A DNA stretch of 64,000 nucleotides from Lentisphaerota bacterium (GCA_015061915.1 SUVR01000005.1:101596-165595), one strand, 5' to 3'; counted from the stretch's first letter, positions 37,582 to 47,730 are shown. Notes: generated by a model not told the origin, from the sequence alone. Numbers and translations are program-made.

Positions 37582-38907
37582 TCATTTACCCCAGAACTGT
37601 TCCATGAACTTCCGCACCGCACCGGACCGGCTCTTGATCTGAGCGGCGGCATCCGGTTCGCCGTATCCGGCAAGATCCCGGCGCATAATCTCGCCTTCCG
37701 CTTTGCAGAGGGCGTCGTGGTCCGGATAAAATTCCCGGATCAGGAAGTAAACAAACTTTGTCAGCCGGAACGGACCGACCACCACCGGGTGTTCTTCGGG
37801 GATCCAGTGGACCGCCACAGACCGTTCATCCCGGATGGCTTCTGCAATGGAGTCGAATTCCAGTTTGTCAGCAAAAACGATCGTATAGAACCAGCCGGCG
37901 AGGTCGCCATCGCAGCCGTGGCAATCGCTGATCCCGGCAACGGGGATCTTTTTGCCCTTGGCGCGTTCCTCCTGCCAGCGGGAGATGGAAAGCATATTAC
38001 ATTCGGTCTGGTGACGGTAGAAGCCGCCGACAACTTCCAGAACGTCGAACTTGTTGTGTTCCAGCAGCAGTTCGTTCACGTCTTCTCCGATGTAGTTGTG
38101 ATACCAGGGTCTCCAGAAGGGATGGCAGAACATGGCGATCCCGCCCGCTTCCCGGATCCGGTCAAAGGTCCATTCGCTCGCCGCCACCTGAAAACGGGTC
38201 AGTTCATCGTAACTTTCGGGAATGTTTTTCGTATATTCCGCGACTTCTGCCCGGTATTTTGCTTCATCGTTGTACGCCAGATCATTGACGCTGTACTTAC
38301 CGCCGAAATGGACAATGTGAACCGGGTTGTCCGGCAGATGCACTTCTTCCCCGGGGCAGACCAGCATATCGCAGCCGTAGTCCGCCATTGCCTGTTTTGC
38401 GGTCAGGGAGGGGGCGTACTGACGGTGGTCGGTAAGCGCCATAAAATCGAACCCGTTTTTCCGGCAGGTGGCAGCCACATATTCCGGCGTTTCCTTGCCG
38501 TCCGAGCAGTTGCTGTGCATATGGAAGTCGCCCTTGTACGGCATAAGTTTGTAAAGATCTTCTTTCAAAGCATAAACGCAAAGGACCTGCTCCTGCGCAA
38601 AGGTGCCGTCTTCTTTCTGTGATTCCAGATAAATGACATACTCACCTTCATAGGGAACAGTCACTTTGAAGACCAGATCGCCATTTTCTTCCCGGATGAA
38701 ATCGGCGGCGGGCGCATCATCGATCCAGGCACGCCACCCCTTTACGGGGCTGTCCACGCGGAAAAATTTGATCCGTGCCGTGTTGTCAAGCACGAACCGG
38801 GCGCGGCGGTGATAGTTTTTGGCGGAGATACGGACTTCCTGTTCCTGTTTGCCGATGCAGAAGACCGTGGGGGTGACAGTGAGATACGGACAGTATTGAT
38901 TTTCCAT
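37582..38907 (-). CDS. PHP-domain metallohydrolase (CehA/McbA-like) with N-terminal beta-rich domain
   Basis: GDFHMHSNCSDGKETPEYV...FDFMALTDH is the PHP His/Asp motif set. 441 aa. Confidence 0.7.
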   Translation of the reverse strand: MENQYCPYLTVTPTVFCIGKQEQEVRISAKNYHRRARFVLDNTARIKFFRVDSPVKGWRAWIDDAPAADFIREENGDLVFKVTVPYEGEYVIYLESQKEDGTFAQEQVLCVYALKEDLYKLMPYKGDFHMHSNCSDGKETPEYVAATCRKNGFDFMALTDHRQYAPSLTAKQAMADYGCDMLVCPGEEVHLPDNPVHIVHFGGKYSVNDLAYNDEAKYRAEVAEYTKNIPESYDELTRFQVAASEWTFDRIREAGGIAMFCHPFWRPWYHNYIGEDVNELLLEHNKFDVLEVVGGFYRHQTECNMLSISRWQEERAKGKKIPVAGISDCHGCDGDLAGWFYTIVFADKLEFDSIAEAIRDERSVAVHWIPEEHPVVVGPFRLTKFVYFLIREFYPDHDALCKAEGEIMRRDLAGYGEPDAAAQIKSRSGAVRKFMEQFWGK

Positions 38908-38940
38908 GGGAAAGTTCCTTGTTTTTTTATCTTTGATGTT

Positions 38941-39990
38941 TCAGAAAAGATCGGGTTGATCGATGCGTTTCGGGGCTCTGCGGTTGCGGACCTGCGGAGT
39001 CAGACCAAAGAGATTCCAGCTGCGTTCCGTGGCGATCCTCCCCTGTGCTGTGCGCATGAGATAGCCTTCCTGGATGAGGTACGGTTCGTACACATCCTCA
39101 ATGGTTCCGGCTTCCTCCCCGATGGCGACAGCCAGCGAGTTCAAACCAACGGGTCCGCCGTTGAAGTTGGCGAGGAGGGTTTCCAGGATCCGCTTATCCA
39201 TTTCATCCAGACCGTGTTCATCAATATCCATCATGGAAAGGGCTTTTTTGGCGATCTCCGTGGTGATGGTGCCGTTGGACTTGACTTGTGCGTAGTCCCG
39301 GGTCCATGCAAGGAGGTTGTTGGCGATTCGCGGTGTTCCCCGGCTGCGGAGTGCGATCTCCAGTGCGCCGCCGTCTTCGATGGGGGCGTTGAGGATCCCG
39401 GCGGAACGGGTCACGATCTTCTGCAGGTAGTCCGGCTGATAGTAGTCCAGACGGAGCGAAAGTTTGAACCGGGCACGGAGCGGAGCGGAAAGCAATCCCT
39501 GCCGGGTGGTGGCACCGATGAGCGTGAAACGGGGCAGATTCAACCGGACCGAACGGGCGCCCGGACCTTGATCGATCATGATGTCGATGAAAAAGTCTTC
39601 CATGGCGCTGTAAAGATATTCCTCCACAGCGGTATTGAGGCGGTGGATCTCATCAATGAAGAGAATATCGCCTTCTTCCAGACTGGTCAGCAGTCCGGCA
39701 AGGTCGCCCGGTTTTTCGATGACCGGTCCGCTGCTGGACTTGATATTGGTTCCTTTTTCGTTGGCGATGATGTAGGCAAGGGTGGTTTTGCCCAGTCCCG
39801 GCGGACCGCTCAACAGCAGATGCCCCAGCGGTTCGTTGCGGGTCTTGGCGGCTTCCACATAGACTTCCAGCCGCTCTTTGACTTTATCCTGTCCGGGAAA
39901 AGATGCAAAATTCTGGGGACGGAGCGTTTTTTCCGCCGCCTCATCTTTCCTTGTCAGTGTCGATGTAATAAAACGTTCAGGCGTTTCCAT
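38941..39990 (-). CDS. ruvB: Holliday junction branch migration helicase RuvB
   Basis: [40 protein letters not shown]. 349 aa. Confidence 0.95.
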   Translation of the reverse strand: METPERFITSTLTRKDEAAEKTLRPQNFASFPGQDKVKERLEVYVEAAKTRNEPLGHLLLSGPPGLGKTTLAYIIANEKGTNIKSSSGPVIEKPGDLAGLLTSLEEGDILFIDEIHRLNTAVEEYLYSAMEDFFIDIMIDQGPGARSVRLNLPRFTLIGATTRQGLLSAPLRARFKLSLRLDYYQPDYLQKIVTRSAGILNAPIEDGGALEIALRSRGTPRIANNLLAWTRDYAQVKSNGTITTEIAKKALSMMDIDEHGLDEMDKRILETLLANFNGGPVGLNSLAVAIGEEAGTIEDVYEPYLIQEGYLMRTAQGRIATERSWNLFGLTPQVRNRRAPKRIDQPDLF

Positions 39991-40100
39991 AAAGAAAGTT
40001 CTTTCAAATTTTCAAAAGTGATTTGTAATTTTCTTATTTTACAGTATTGTATTAATGAGAAAATTTCAAGTACGTTTTTAAAGATTGTGAGGTTTTTGCC

Positions 40101-42098
40101 ATGAGAGACACGAAAAAATTGAAACTTGCCGCCGATACGATCCGTATCCTTTCCGCCGATGCGATCCAGAAAGCCAAGTCCGGACACCCCGGTATGCCGA
40201 TGGGCTGCGCCGACTTTGCGATCGCTCTGTGGCAGCACCATCTCCGCGTCAATCCGAAAAATCCCGCATGGCTGGGACGGGACCGTTTTGTTCTTTCCGC
40301 TGGTCACGGCTCCATGCTGCTTTACAGCCTGCTGCACCTGTATAACTTCGGCGTCTCTATGGATGAGATCAAAAACTTCCGTCAGTGGGGCAGCATCACG
40401 CCGGGTCATCCGGAATATGGCGTGACACCGGGCGTGGATATCTCCACCGGTCCGCTGGGATCCGGCTTTGCATCCGCTTGCGGTCTCGCCGTGGCGCAGA
40501 AACATTTTGCAGCAGTGACCGGTTTGGATAAGACCGATCTGATGGATGGCAGGATCTGGGTCATCGCCGGCGACGGCTGTATGATGGAAGGCGTGTCTCA
40601 CGAAGCCGCATCCTTTGCCGGTACCCAGAAACTGGATAACATTATCTGCTTCTATGACTCCAATGACATCAGCATCGAAGGCAGCACGAACCTCGCCTTC
40701 ACCGAAGATGTGGGCGCCCGGTTTGAAGCATACGGCTGGCGGGTCGTCCGCTGCGCCAACGCCAACGATCCGGATCTGGTGGAAGCCGCTATCTGTGAAG
40801 CGGAAAAATGCGATGGCAGACCTACGATCATTATCGGCAAGACCAAGATCGGTTACGGTGCGCCCAACAAAGAAGGTAAAGCCAACGCACACGGCGAACC
40901 GCTGGGCGAAGATGAACTCAAGGGCGTTAAGGCACACTTCGGGTTCGATCCGGAACAGTGCTTCGTGATTCCGGAAGAAGTCAAGGCAATGACCGATGCC
41001 CGCGCCGCAGAAATGGAACAGGAAGGCGCTCTCTGGGATGCAAAATTCCAGCAGTTCCTGGAAGAAAATCCGGAAAGCGCAAAACTGATCGCCGATATGC
41101 TCAGCAAGAACCTGCCGGACGATCTGGAAGAACAGCTTATGGCTGCCGTGGATCTGAGCAAGCCTCAGGCGACAAGAGCCAGCTCCGGCGCTGTCCTGCA
41201 GAAACTCAGCAGCCTCATCCCCGCTCTGATGGGCGGATCCGCTGACCTCGGTCCTTCCAACAAGACTGTGATCAAGGCGACCGATTCTTTCAATCCGGAA
41301 AACAGAAGCGGCAGAAATATGCACTTCGGCGTCCGGGAACTGGCAATGTCCATGATCGCAAACGGGATGGCTCTCTCCGGGACCGCTCTGCCGTATTGCG
41401 CCACTTTCTGTGTGTTCTGCGATTACATGAAGCCGGGTATGCGTCTCGCCGCCCTGATGAAACTGCCTGTGGTGTACGTCCTGACGCACGATTCCTTCTA
41501 TGTGGGCGAAGACGGCCCCACTCACCAGCCGATCGAACACATCGCTATGCTCCGCAGTACGCCGGATATCAATGTGCTGCGTCCCGCAGATGCCAGAGAA
41601 ACCGCTGCCGCATGGGCATTCGCTGTCCGCTCCCAGACGAAACCGACTGCTCTGCTGCTGACCCGTCAGGATCTCGCTCCGCTGCCCGCCGAATGTGCCG
41701 GAAATATCAATATCGCCCGCGGCGGTTATGTGATCAGTGATGATGCAGACTTTGAATATATCCTCATTGCCTCCGGTTCCGAAGTCGCAGTCGCCCTCGG
41801 CGCTGCCGATCTGCTCCGGGCAGACGGCAAAAAGGTGCGCGTGGTCTCCATGCCCTCCTTCAAGATGTTTATGGAACAGGATAAGGCGTACCGGGATACT
41901 GTCCTGCCGCCCGCCTGCCGGAAGCGCGTGTCCATCGAAGCGGCTTCCACTTTCGGTTGGGAACGGGTCACGACGGACGACGGCTTGAACATCGGTCTGG
42001 ATCACTTCGGCGCCTCCGCTCCGTATAAGGTCCTGGCGGAAAAATTCGGCTTCACGCCCGCAGCCGTCGCTGAAAAGGTCCGCACCTTCTTCGCATAA
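40101..42098 (+). CDS. tkt: Transketolase
   Basis: IRILSADAIQKAKSGHPG.., GDGCMMEGVSHEA, THDSFYVGEDGPTHQPIEH. 665 aa. Confidence 0.95.
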   Translation: MRDTKKLKLAADTIRILSADAIQKAKSGHPGMPMGCADFAIALWQHHLRVNPKNPAWLGRDRFVLSAGHGSMLLYSLLHLYNFGVSMDEIKNFRQWGSITPGHPEYGVTPGVDISTGPLGSGFASACGLAVAQKHFAAVTGLDKTDLMDGRIWVIAGDGCMMEGVSHEAASFAGTQKLDNIICFYDSNDISIEGSTNLAFTEDVGARFEAYGWRVVRCANANDPDLVEAAICEAEKCDGRPTIIIGKTKIGYGAPNKEGKANAHGEPLGEDELKGVKAHFGFDPEQCFVIPEEVKAMTDARAAEMEQEGALWDAKFQQFLEENPESAKLIADMLSKNLPDDLEEQLMAAVDLSKPQATRASSGAVLQKLSSLIPALMGGSADLGPSNKTVIKATDSFNPENRSGRNMHFGVRELAMSMIANGMALSGTALPYCATFCVFCDYMKPGMRLAALMKLPVVYVLTHDSFYVGEDGPTHQPIEHIAMLRSTPDINVLRPADARETAAAWAFAVRSQTKPTALLLTRQDLAPLPAECAGNINIARGGYVISDDADFEYILIASGSEVAVALGAADLLRADGKKVRVVSMPSFKMFMEQDKAYRDTVLPPACRKRVSIEAASTFGWERVTTDDGLNIGLDHFGASAPYKVLAEKFGFTPAAVAEKVRTFFA

Positions 42099-42131
42099 GC
42101 CGCACAGCCGCTCAAAAAACAAGACACGGCA

Positions 42132-42168
42132 ACGCCCGCACCCCGAAAATCGGGGGCGGGCGTTTTTT
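42132..42168 (+). terminator. Strong intrinsic terminator after tkt
   Basis: ACGCCCGCaCCCCGA aaa TCGGGGgCGGGCGT stem (one mismatch) followed by TTTTTT. Confidence 0.75.
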
Positions 42169-42400
42169 CTCCGGCGGCAGAGGCGGTATGTGTGGTTACC
42201 ACGGATCATAGACGCCGGAGAAAAGCCGGAGCGCCCGAGGTGGCATCGCCACCACGGGCTGAACCGGCGCCGTGTCTTGTTTTTGAGCGGCGTACGGCGG
42301 ACGCGCTTCACCTTTTCTTTTTTTCTTGACAAACGCAATAATTGTGCTATATTTCCGTTATATAAAATAAAATAGAAAAAACAGACAGGAGAAAAGATTT

Positions 42401-43516
42401 ATGGCACAAGACTTTCCGTTCAAAAATAAGTTTGCGATCGGTTATTATTTTCACTTCCCGGGCAAGTTCATGGAAACGATCCGCCCGTACATCCCGGCGT
42501 TGGCGGAGATCTACTTCCCGCTGCCGGGGATCCTTTCCGCCCGTGAGCTTTCCGGCGATGAGGAAGCGCAGCGCGCCCAGCTGGTGAAAGACCTGCGGGA
42601 ATGTCGTGAAAACGGCATCAAACTGGACCTGCTGATCAACGCCACCTGCTACGGGGAAAAGTCCTATACTGCTGCATGGCGTAAGACGGTGGAAGGGGCG
42701 ATCGAGTATCTGGATAGCTTCGGACTCAAGCCGGAAGTCGTCACCACGACCAGTCCTTTTGTTGCGAAAAGCATCAAGACCCGCTGGCCGGAGATCGACA
42801 TCCGTGGTTCGGTAAACCTGAAGATCGGTTCCACTCTCGCTCTGGAATATGTGGAAGATCTGTACGATTCTTTCTATATGAACCGGGACCTGCAGCGGGA
42901 TATTCCCACGCTCAAACTTTTTTCCGAATGGTGCAAAGCCCACGGTAAAAAACTCTGTATGCTTGCCAACAGCGGCTGCCTGCGGAACTGTCCCACCCAG
43001 GTATTTCATGAAACGCTCCTCGCCCACGGCTTCTGGCGTGCCGGAAACGAACGCAACCGGATGAAGCAGTCTCCGACCCTGTGTATGCAGTTGATCACGG
43101 AACAGAACAAGTACGAAGAGATCCTGCGCCAGACCTGGGTCCGTCCGGAGGATCTGCATTACTACGATCCCTATGTGGAAGTGTTCAAACTTTCCACCCG
43201 CGACCCCTCGCTGGATGTGCCGACTATCCTGAAGGCCTATTGTAACGGAAAGTGGGATGGAGACCTGTGCGAGATCATCGACCCCCGCTTCGTGGAAGGA
43301 TTGCGCGGGAAGATCATCGACAACTCCGCATTCCCGGAAGACTGGGTCCCCTCCGGTATCGCCGGGCTGTGTGCGGTCAACTGCACCCATTGCGGAAAGT
43401 GTACCGAAGTGCTGGAAAAGGTCCTGAAGGACAATCCGGATTACAAGCCGCCTATTGAAGAACAGTTTACCATGAATCTGAGCGGACTGACGATCGGGCA
43501 GTACTCCTTCAAATAA
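42401..43516 (+). CDS. Hypothetical protein, distantly U32-peptidase-like, with C-terminal Cys cluster
   Basis: 371 aa. DIRGSVNLKIG...KLCMLANSGCLRNCP resembles the U32 core (..hGalC..SG.C..). C-terminal CAVNCTHCGKC has spacing Cx3Cx2Cx2C. Family assignment is by eye only. Confidence 0.4.
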   Translation: MAQDFPFKNKFAIGYYFHFPGKFMETIRPYIPALAEIYFPLPGILSARELSGDEEAQRAQLVKDLRECRENGIKLDLLINATCYGEKSYTAAWRKTVEGAIEYLDSFGLKPEVVTTTSPFVAKSIKTRWPEIDIRGSVNLKIGSTLALEYVEDLYDSFYMNRDLQRDIPTLKLFSEWCKAHGKKLCMLANSGCLRNCPTQVFHETLLAHGFWRAGNERNRMKQSPTLCMQLITEQNKYEEILRQTWVRPEDLHYYDPYVEVFKLSTRDPSLDVPTILKAYCNGKWDGDLCEIIDPRFVEGLRGKIIDNSAFPEDWVPSGIAGLCAVNCTHCGKCTEVLEKVLKDNPDYKPPIEEQFTMNLSGLTIGQYSFK

Positions 43517-43588
43517 AATTCGGTTCTTTTTCGGTTTCCCGCTTGATTTTTTGCCCCTTTATGCTAAAGTAAGGGGCATATCTTCCGC

Positions 43589-43662
43589 AACCTCATGGTG
43601 TAATGGTAGCACAAGTGGTTTTGGTCCACTTAGTTCAAGTTCGAATCTTGATGAGGTTGCCA
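43589..43662 (+). tRNA. tRNA-Gln (anticodon TTG), CCA encoded
   Basis: Manual fold: acceptor AACCTCA/TGAGGTT; D arm GTG..CAC; anticodon stem AGTGG/CCACT with loop TTTTGGT (anticodon TTG); T arm TCAAG-TTCGAAT-CTTGA; discriminator G followed by CCA. Confidence 0.85.
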
Positions 43663-43702
43663 TTTTTGTATTTATTGTTTGGTACAATAAAACAACGGTC
43701 TG

Positions 43703-44101
43703 TTATTCTGCTGCGTCTTCCGGTTCTTCCGGGGGAAGTTCCACTGCGATCAGGGCACGCTGCATCATATTGCCGATGTATTGCATCATCAGCGTGCGTG
43801 CTTCAAAGAAAGAAAGTTTTTCACGGTCGATAAACCACTGGATCAAGTCCCGCATAAGGATCGGCTCCGCTTTGATCAACCGGTAAAGTTCGCAGTTGAA
43901 TCCGGTGAGCAGGTGCTTTTTATAATCCCGCATTTTCCAGATCACATTGACGATTTTGGCGAAAAATCCGTGACGCAGCTTGATCTTCAGCTGAATGTAA
44001 TCTTCGCCTTCTTTTTCCAGAACAGCGGCATCATTGATGCGGACCGTGGCACGCATCTGCCGCTCAAAAGAAATAGGCTTTGTCTGCTTTTTCTTTGCCA
44101 T
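43703..44101 (-). CDS. Hypothetical soluble protein (last gene of the ABC/OPT-like operon)
   Basis: 132 aa. Basic N-terminus MAKKKQTKP and acidic C-terminus PPEEPEDAAE. Starts 3 nt after the upstream stop. Confidence 0.5.
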   Translation of the reverse strand: MAKKKQTKPISFERQMRATVRINDAAVLEKEGEDYIQLKIKLRHGFFAKIVNVIWKMRDYKKHLLTGFNCELYRLIKAEPILMRDLIQWFIDREKLSFFEARTLMMQYIGNMMQRALIAVELPPEEPEDAAE

Positions 44102-44104
44102 AGA

Positions 44105-45025
44105 TCAGTCCTTTGCCGTCAGTTTCTGCTGAAAAATGTCTTTCAGTTTTTCCCGTTCTTTCGAGAATTGGGAGCCGAGATGCTCAAACGCATAGATCCG
44201 GTTTTCTGATTTTTTGTAAAATGCGGAAGCGAAGCCGTGCCACCAAGGACCGAGAAGAAAGTCGAAGCCGAACTTGCCTCTGGCACGGTAATCGATTTCT
44301 ACCGTTTCACAGCCGTTCACCGGCGGAAGCTTCCGGATGTCCCGGATCGCATAGCGTCTCGCATAGAGGCAGCGGTGATAAAAGTTTGCCGTATCCGCTC
44401 CCTGCATATAGACGTCTGCCAGACCGAACCGGTGGACGCTGATTTTGTAATGCTTGGCATTTTCAAAATTCATTGTTACCGAGGTGGGAACCGCCTCCAG
44501 ATCCACAAAATGGTATCCTTCCGGCAGACTTACTTCCAGTCCGAACAGCGCAAAAAACTGCCGTTTTGTCGCCGGATCCGGAGCGTTGTCGGTAAAGGAG
44601 TCCAGCATAGGGACGACCAACTCCGCCATATCCTTGCTGTATTTATCAAAAATCCATTCGCAGAGAAGCATTTTAGACAAATTGAAGACGCTGGCATAAA
44701 ACCGTTCTCCCTGCCTTGTATGGGCAAGATAAACCCTGCCGTTGGCGTGGCGGGTGAAACGGATTTTCGGTGCCGTATCTTCTCCCAGATAACGGCGGTG
44801 GACTTCTTCAATGATTCGCTCAATGTCCGGAGATGCATTTATTTTCCGCCAGGAAAACTGCCCCATCGGACCTTTTTCCGTGGCAAAAGAGAAACGTCCT
44901 TCCCGCTCCGCATCATCCAGATCGTAGGCAGTGATCTCCCAGTCTCTGGGGAGCAGAAAAGAAAAACCGGACATCGCTGTCCGGAATTGAGGATGTCTGA
45001 AATGTTTGAGATCAACCATGTTCAT
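44105..45025 (-). CDS. Hypothetical soluble protein
   Basis: About 306 aa from the ATG at 45025 (MNMVDLKHFRHPQF...). The track start at 45052 is a TTG. No TM and no recognisable motif. Overlaps the upstream ATPase stop. Confidence 0.5.
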   Translation of the reverse strand: MNMVDLKHFRHPQFRTAMSGFSFLLPRDWEITAYDLDDAEREGRFSFATEKGPMGQFSWRKINASPDIERIIEEVHRRYLGEDTAPKIRFTRHANGRVYLAHTRQGERFYASVFNLSKMLLCEWIFDKYSKDMAELVVPMLDSFTDNAPDPATKRQFFALFGLEVSLPEGYHFVDLEAVPTSVTMNFENAKHYKISVHRFGLADVYMQGADTANFYHRCLYARRYAIRDIRKLPPVNGCETVEIDYRARGKFGFDFLLGPWWHGFASAFYKKSENRIYAFEHLGSQFSKEREKLKDIFQQKLTAKD

Positions 45026-45755
45026 CACGGATGGACCCGGTGTCGATGTCAAGGTCAGACACGTTTTCGATGTGGTCGATCTTACCCTGATCGATCCAGA
45101 CGATTCTGGAGGATGCCGCCAGCATACGGTGGTCGTGTGTTGCAGAAATGACCGTCACACCGAATTCTTTTGTCATGTTCTTGAACAATTCAATGATCCC
45201 GGCACCGGTCTTCAGGTCCAGGTTTGCAGTCGGTTCGTCCGCCAGCAGAATGGTCGGATTGTTTGCCAGCGCACGGGCAATGGCAACACGCTGCTGCTGA
45301 CCGCCGGAAAGTTCCAGCGGCTTGTGGGTGAGACGCCCGTGCAGCCCCACGAATTCCAGCAGTTCTGCGGCACGCTTTTCCGCTTCTTTGCGGGGAGTAC
45401 CGAGCAGGATCTGGGGGATCGCCGTGTTGTCCAGTGCAGAAAGGTGCCCGATCAGGTTGTAGCTCTGGAACACATAACCGATATAGCGGCAGCGGAAATA
45501 GGCAAGCTGCAGCGGAGAAAGCTTTGTCAGGTCCACATCACCGACCTTGATTGCCCCCTGCGTCGGCGTATCCAGAGCCCCGATCATATTGAACAGCGTG
45601 GATTTACCGGATCCGGAGGGACCCATGATCGAGATGTATTCTTTCCGGTAGATATCCAGATTGATCCCGCTGAGTGCGTGGACTGCGGCATCACCTTTGC
45701 CAAAGGTCTTCCAGATGTTTCTTACAACGATAAAAGGATCTTTTGTTTCTTCCAT
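45012..45755 (-). CDS. ABC transporter ATP-binding protein (MacB/LolD/FtsE-type), module 2
   Basis: Walker [11 protein letters not shown]-loop, signature [15 protein letters not shown], Walker B ILLADEPT, and H-loop ATHD. ATG at 45755 follows GGAGAG. The track start at 45767 is a TTG that abuts the upstream stop. Confidence 0.9.
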   Translation of the reverse strand: MEETKDPFIVVRNIWKTFGKGDAAVHALSGINLDIYRKEYISIMGPSGSGKSTLFNMIGALDTPTQGAIKVGDVDLTKLSPLQLAYFRCRYIGYVFQSYNLIGHLSALDNTAIPQILLGTPRKEAEKRAAELLEFVGLHGRLTHKPLELSGGQQQRVAIARALANNPTILLADEPTANLDLKTGAGIIELFKNMTKEFGVTVISATHDHRMLAASSRIVWIDQGKIDHIENVSDLDIDTGSIRDEHG

Positions 45756-45767
45756 AAGACTCTCCAA

Positions 45768-47729
45768 TTAGTAGGGCAGGGCGCTTGAGGATTTCGAGAG
45801 GAACACAATACCGACGCAGAGCATCGATATCAGACCGCTACCGACAAAGTAACCTGCAGATACAACAATGATCGAACGTTTCCAATTTTCACCGTATTTC
45901 TTGCGGAATACAAACTGTCCCAACACTGCACCGATGAACTGCGGGATCGCCGAGTGCGGCATCGTCTGGTTGAAACCGCGGACAATACCGTAGCAGAGGG
46001 TAGTCGGCGCCGAGAAGAACGCAAACGTACCGAAACTGATCAACCCGGTAATCGTACCAATGATGATGTAGGAGATCCGGAACGCTTCACTGAAGGGCGA
46101 GTAGTAACCCAGCGTGGAGGAGTAGATCAGAGCTGCATTCTTTGCGTTGAATTCCCAGATTTCCATGGTGTAGGGATATGCCGCAGAGGGGACGTCGCTC
46201 AAAGAGAAGATGAAGCTGGAGAATCCGACAGTGGCAAGCAGAATGATCGGGAACAGCAACGCGTCCACCTTCCAGATGGAGCGGAAACTTGTTCCGGTCA
46301 GTTCAGCTGTCTTGTAGAACACGGTCATTGCACCGTAGTTTGCCTGCGGTGTCGGAATAAACCAGATCGCCAACCCCTGATAACCGGAAAGGATGAAGGA
46401 GATTTCACGGATATACGGCACTTCCACCACCTGACCGGCAAGACCTTCCAGTCGTGCGGTCACATAGGAAATCAGCGGTGTGTAAACGATCCCGAAGAAA
46501 ATCAGAACGATCATCACGCCCTTGTGCCAGTCAATCAGCCAGCCGGCGACCAGAATGTAGAGAGACGTGGAGGTGATATAGGTGGCGATGAACAGCCAGT
46601 TCGGAATGTCACCGCGCCCTTTCGGAATCTCATTTTCCTTGATTTCGTCCGGAGTCATATCCGGCTTTTTGCTGCTGGCGCGGATCACACTGATTATACC
46701 GACAACAGCAATTGCCAGTGAAAGACCGATCCCGAAGCTGAAGTAGAAGTCAACGTTGTTGTTGAACAGCGTTTCGACCGTACTCTGCTGTTCTGTCCAG
46801 GAGGGGAGCAGACGCATCTTGAAGAGGATCGGGTTCAGCACGAAGGTAATGATCAGACCGATAAAACTGCCGACCATGGCGAAGAAGGGCAGCACCATAC
46901 CCAGGATCACGTTACCCAGGTCAAATGCCAGACCGGTCGCCACTGCAGGCAGGACTTTAGCCGTGTTCTGTGTCCAGTCAACGAAGGGGATCGGGAAGAT
47001 CTGGATCGTTTCCTTGAGGAACGCCCCGGAAAGAGCCGGGATACCCATATAAAGGAAACCGAACGCCATCCCGATGGCACCGCCGATGGAGAATGCTCTC
47101 CAGCGCCAGGAGCCGCCTTTTTCCCCTTTGTCGGAGAAGTCTTCAGCCAGCGTCATCATGCCCTGAGCCTGCATCGGAGCCATGGGGAAGGGCAGTTTTT
47201 CCACGTCACTGGTCATACGGAAAAGACCGTACCCCAAGATCGTTGCGTCCGCACGTCCGATGATACCGGTGAACAGCATCATACCCAAAGCCGGCAGCCA
47301 CGCTTCCTGAATGAAGGTACGGGGCAGTTCCGCCACGTTGGAAGGCGCATACCATTCCGGGAACTGATCCAGCAGACCGAAGGAGGTTGCAGCTTCGCTT
47401 CGTACCATAAACTGACGGAAGATCAGGTCAATATTACCGCTGGAGATCACAGCCCCTGCCATGTAGAACAGGATGAAGATTTCCGCCTTTTTCAAGGTCG
47501 CGTTGGCGCGTTTTGCCAGTTCGATGAAGAGGATCACCGTCACCCACTGAGCAGCGGCACCGATCCCCACACCGGCGATCAGCTGCATATAGACTGCGCC
47601 GGGGATCATCACGATTGCGATAAAGATCGCACCGAAGAATGCAGAAAGTGTAAAGCCGTCATCGAAGTGCGAAGGCACTTCCATCAGGTTCTTATATTCC
47701 TGTAATTCCTTGTCAAGTTTGTGTGCCAT
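45768..47729 (-). CDS. OPT-superfamily-like polytopic membrane protein, module 2
   Basis: About 653 aa, about 14-16 TM. Motif VEKLPFPMAPMQAQG resembles the OPT/YSL 'KLTYPSGTATA' block. ATG at 47729 is preceded by AAGGAGAG; the track start at 47753 overlaps the upstream gene. Confidence 0.55.
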   Translation of the reverse strand: MAHKLDKELQEYKNLMEVPSHFDDGFTLSAFFGAIFIAIVMIPGAVYMQLIAGVGIGAAAQWVTVILFIELAKRANATLKKAEIFILFYMAGAVISSGNIDLIFRQFMVRSEAATSFGLLDQFPEWYAPSNVAELPRTFIQEAWLPALGMMLFTGIIGRADATILGYGLFRMTSDVEKLPFPMAPMQAQGMMTLAEDFSDKGEKGGSWRWRAFSIGGAIGMAFGFLYMGIPALSGAFLKETIQIFPIPFVDWTQNTAKVLPAVATGLAFDLGNVILGMVLPFFAMVGSFIGLIITFVLNPILFKMRLLPSWTEQQSTVETLFNNNVDFYFSFGIGLSLAIAVVGIISVIRASSKKPDMTPDEIKENEIPKGRGDIPNWLFIATYITSTSLYILVAGWLIDWHKGVMIVLIFFGIVYTPLISYVTARLEGLAGQVVEVPYIREISFILSGYQGLAIWFIPTPQANYGAMTVFYKTAELTGTSFRSIWKVDALLFPIILLATVGFSSFIFSLSDVPSAAYPYTMEIWEFNAKNAALIYSSTLGYYSPFSEAFRISYIIIGTITGLISFGTFAFFSAPTTLCYGIVRGFNQTMPHSAIPQFIGAVLGQFVFRKKYGENWKRSIIVVSAGYFVGSGLISMLCVGIVFLSKSSSALPY

Positions 47730-47730
47730 C

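Noticed and set aside
39954-42338. 794-aa minus-strand ORF
   Set aside because: It is antisense to an unmistakable transketolase gene. Its R/G/H/D-rich low-complexity composition is typical of shadow ORFs in GC-rich coding DNA.
44047-44060. TGGCACGCATCTGC, a sigma-54 -24/-12-like string
   Set aside because: The GG-to-GC spacing is one nucleotide short of consensus. The string lies on the plus strand inside a minus-strand coding region and has no downstream gene to drive.
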